From Ginkgo biloba (Eukaryota; Plantae; Ginkgophyta), in assembly GCA_024626585.2 (NCBI GenBank), contig JANKJI020000002.1:44635656-44660279 (forward strand): a stretch of 24,624 nt of DNA, written 5' to 3'. The position numbers and the translations under genes are program-made. Position 1 is the first letter of the stretch, and every line of letters starts with the position of its first letter. Of the stretch, positions 20,330 through 24,624 are shown in pieces. The notes beneath the pieces are model-generated. The model made no database searches. It was not told the origin of the DNA and was given only the letters and a program-made list of their open reading frames with translations.

Positions 20330-23300
20330 TTTTGTAAATCTTTGATCCAGGGAGTCAAAACAATTTTTTGTCCAAAGCTATTGTAAGATAATTTGAGTTA
20401 GTTGCAACCTCACATATGCATCGATACAAGTTGGATTGGCTTAACAAGTCTTCAGTGCAGGCCGTCACCAAACAATAAAAGTTGAAATTTACTATTACAA
20501 TAGTATATATTGATGAAGCTATATTTGATGCAATTCCGTTAGATGTCTGTGGAGTTATCTTTGGCAATCCCTATTTATGGGACCAAGATGCACTATTTTG
20601 AAGGAGGACTAATCAATATTGGCTGGTTGAAGAAGGAAAGATTTTCTTGATCCAATTGCAAAAGAATCAAGATCCCTTGTAGCTAGTTTTAGTAGCACAA
20701 GCCAAGAGGCTCATAAATGCATATCATAAGTTTGTGTTTCTCTACTATTGGCCGCATATAAATGAGACAAATAGTTTGCAACCCAAGACGAACATTTTGC
20801 AACATGAGCCGAATGGTTTACATAATGACACAGACAAACTACAAAAGGAACTGACAATGTAACCTAAACAATAGGTAGAGTTGAATTAGGTGTAGTCCAA
20901 GTATGCATAATTATTTGAGGAACCTAATGGATTGCCTTTGATGCAGACCATCCAACACTCCTTTGATCTTCAACAAGATTTTGTATTACCGAAAGATGAC
21001 ATTTTAATTTTCAACAAGAGTTGGAAGGACCACTTGCAACATTTGGATGCAGCATTGGAGTTGTTGCAACAATAGAAGCTAAAAGTCAATTTGAAAAAAT
21101 GTGACTTTAGATGTGCACAATCACTTGGGTTTTGTTGTGGATGAGGATGGAATTCGGGTGGATTCTAAGAGCATGTGGAAGGTAATGGAATGGTGGGAAC
21201 TGACTAATCTTCTAGAATTGAGAAGTTTCATGGGTATGCCCAACTACCTTTGTCAGTTCATAAATCATTTCTCTGAAGTTGGTAAACCATTAAATTACCT
21301 GAAAAAAAGTGGTAAAGCATTCAAGTGGACAGTATTGGAGCGTTCAAATTTCGATGAACTGAAGAAGCAGATTTACAATACACTAGCACTTGTATTGCCA
21401 AACATCAACTTGTGTTTTGAACTCNNNNNNNNNNNNNNNNNNNNNNNNNNNNNNNNNNNNATCTTCGGTGTAGTACTGATGTAGAAAGGGAGGCTAGTAG
21501 CTTTCCATTGAGAAACATTCATTGGATTTGTGAATAACTATTCAACATACAGTAAGGAAATGTATGCCATTGTTCAAGCAGTGAAACATTGTCAACATTA
21601 TCTCTATGGAAATGAGACTGATCCATTTGGATCATAAAACCACTCCAATATTTACAAACCTTATCGAATTGTAGAATGCAAGGCATTTGAAATGGGTCAC
21701 CTTTTTACAATAGTTTCATCTAGTTATTAAATATAAGGGAGAACAAAACAAGGTCATTGATTATTTGTCTAGACCACTAGTAAGTATCTTTACTAACCTT
21801 CTTGAAGTGCAAAATTTTTAGTTTTGCAGACTTTAAAGAAATATATGCAAATTTTGGAAGGGTATATTCATTTTTGGTTGATATCATTCTGGTAAAGAGG
21901 ATCATTATAAGGATTTCAATCTAAAGAATGGACTTAAATTTTGGTTGAATGTCTTGTGTGTGCCTCAAGGTGCACACTGACTTCAAATTCTTTTTGAGGT
22001 CCATTATTTCAAAGTGTCGAGACATTTGGAATCTCGAAAAACTATTCATAATTTGTAACAATATTGTTTCTAGCAAGGATTGCTCAGGAAGTGGAGAGGG
22101 TTGTTTGTAATTGTTTGATATATAGTGTTACTAAATCGACAANNNNNNNNNNNNNNNNNNNCTTATAAACCCCTTTTAGCATTGCATAGGTCTTAGGATG
22201 CAATTGCCATGGATGTCAACGTGACTATTTATTTGTCATAGTGAATTGTTTCAGCAAGATGCCTATGTTGATTCTATTCAAGAAAATAGTGACGGGGCAA
22301 CAAGTAGCAAAGTTGTTCTTTGAAGAAATATAGAAGTATTTTGCGTTGTTGTCTACTATAGTTTTAGACAAAGACAAGATATTTCTATGTAGTTTTTGGA
22401 TACCTTATAGGGGTTTATGGACACTAAGTTGTAGATAAGCACAACTTTCCATCCACATACGAATAGACAATTAGAAGCGATCAATAAGACAATTGTACAG
22501 ATGTTACGTATCTATTGTCACAAGCGTTCAAAGAGATGGCATGAATTTATACCTTATATACAATATGAATATAATCGAGACATGCATGGTTCCATTGACA
22601 TGTTGCCTTTTGAGACTTATTTTGGGTTTCATCCTCAAGCACTATTAGATCTGTCTTTTCATAAAGGTAAGGAAGAAATTGATGGGGGGACATCATAGCA
22701 ACAAGTGACTCAATTAAGGGAGTAGTCCATGNNNNNNNNNNNACAAAACTTTTAAAAGAGCACAACAAAAGCATAAGCATAGTGTTACAGTCCAAAAAAT
22801 TTGGGTTACTTTGTTAACCAACTCAAAGCCAAGGTTTCCTTGGAAGCAAAAACATTTTTTTTCAAATTTGTTGTTGAGCGCTCTAGTAGGGGTCATTTTG
22901 AGAGAGAAAGATAACAAAAAGTTACCTAGGGAAGTATGCCAATTAAGGGAACTTCTTTCTAGAGGGTAGTGGAAGCTATCGAGATAACACCCAAGGGCCT
23001 CTTGAAGCATCCAGAAGCTTCAAGGATTAGTTAGGATCTTAAGTGGAATTTGGTGCCTCTCCTATAGTATTTATATGCATGAGTTTTGTCTTGAGGACAC
23101 ATTTTAATCANNNNNNNNNNNNNNNNNNNNNNNNNNNNNNNNNNNNNNNNNNNNNNNNNNNNNNNNNNNNNNNNNNNNNNNNNNNNNNNNNNNNNNNNNN
23201 NNNNNNNNNNAATTTCACATGTAACTAAGATTCTACCTACACAAGACAATTTCAATAGTAAGAACACGATTACCCCCTTGAAAACTAATCAAATGCTTTT

Positions 23301-23460
23301 GCATAAACTCTATTAAAACCTCCAACACCAAGCAGGTACATCAACATGGGTCTACATTTTATTTTCAACGTGGACCATTTCAGGTTGTATGAACCTTCGT
23401 TACTTGATCTAGAAGACATGGAGTGTGATACTCTTCCAAGAGAACATCTTATTCTTGATG
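20330..23460 (+). mobile_element. Decayed Ty3/gypsy pol: protease, partial RT, RNase H, integrase
   Basis: FDPGSQNNFLS and PLDVCGVIFGNPYLWD (protease); DDILIFNKSWKDHLQHL, LKKCDF, ELRSFMGMPNYLCQFINHFS (RT); NYSTYSKEMYAIVQAVKH (RNase H); FHPHTNRQLEAINKTIVQMLR..WHEFIPYIQYEYN (integrase); IFNVDHFRLYEP (GPY/F tail). PR-RT-RH-INT order is gypsy; many stops and frameshifts. Confidence 0.95.
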
Positions 23461-24624
23461 CTATGAGAGTTTTAGAGCATGATTTCATATTATAGAGAGG
23501 GGTGTACTCACCGTAATACTATTCCCTTATACAAAGTTAGAATCAAGGGAATACCTTCACAATTAGGTATATGGTTTTCAGCAAAGCTAGTCTCTTTTTT
23601 TTAAGGAATAAGAGAAGAGGATAAGTTGTCTCAGAAGAGGGAAACAAGTTTGAAGTTGTGAAACAACAAGGTTAAACCCATGTAACAATGTGTATTAAAC
23701 TTGTATATTATTAAAAAATAAATAATAGAGAATCCTTTAGGAATTTATATCTTATTTTTCTTTTATTAGTACGAGATTAATAAAACTCTAAAAATCTCAT
23801 TTTTGTTAGCATATGTTATTCTTCATCTCCATTTGTTCTTCATTTCCATCTTGTGCGTTTCATTGTTATTACCAAGATAAGAGGTTGATCTATAAGAGGT
23901 AAATCACCCTTTCTTCACACTCATGCCACTAAGGCACTACACTTAGAGAGACACACAAAAATAATTTATAATAATGTGACAAGTTGTAGACACCAAACAT
24001 TCGAAATAATAGCAATTAGTATGCGAAAAATATGAATAGAATATTGTACTTTCACCACATCTCTACCAGTGTCACATATAAAAGATGGAAGGCCGAGATA
24101 AAGAAAGAAAGGGATAGAATGAACAATTTATATTATTGTTATTGTCTTAGTTGTCGATAACTAGAAGAGTATTGGTAATTTTTCTTAGCAATGATAAGCT
24201 ACTTAATCTTCCACCTCAAAATTCCCTCACTTGATTTAACAATATGAAGTTCTATCCTCGCAATATTTTATGGTTAATTTCCATAGTTCCATCTTGAAAT
24301 AAAAGGTTTTGAATGATGAACTGTGGCAATTTTCTACGTTCATTGTACAATCACTCCATATGTTTGAAGGTGGCATTAGTTGCATTGGTTGTTTTTGTAA
24401 TAACATGCAATGAGGATAGAAGAAAAAGAGTTGCCTTTCAAGATGTTCAAGCAACATATATATTATAGGATAGTGAAATTAGAGAGGACTATGATGCATC
24501 TTCATTATGCATCCTTGATTTTTAGGGTCGTAAGACATCATGGATTGTTTTTTATAAGAATGTATGCACATACATGTGTGATATTGTAGATTAAACTCAA
24601 TGCATACAAAAACCATAGCTACAA

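Noticed and set aside
24200-24624. Possible minus-strand gypsy RT remnant (TNATNATFK resembling TNAPATFQ)
   Set aside because: Too decayed to support by eye; needs a profile search.

Overview
AT-rich eukaryotic genomic DNA with many N gaps, most likely from a large-genome land plant (inference from intron size and retroelement content). The main feature is one + strand multi-exon gene that the ORF track misses. Ten exons (5386-19167) join by GT-AG splicing with matching phases into an uninterrupted 242-aa C-terminal part of an MRS2/CorA-family (2-TM-GxN) Mg2+ channel, with the GMN filter at 11252-11260. Unusually, an approximately 98-aa tail follows TM2 and ends in a canonical EF-hand loop (DNNRNGQLEARE), preceded by a probable degenerate partner EF-hand. 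The 5' part of the gene (3902-5074) is recognisable but damaged: it has an in-frame stop, clustered small insertions and apparently missing exons, so it is either a low-quality assembly or a pseudogene. The two long introns and both flanks are filled with decayed LTR-retrotransposon remnants (mainly Ty3/gypsy) and short tandem repeats.
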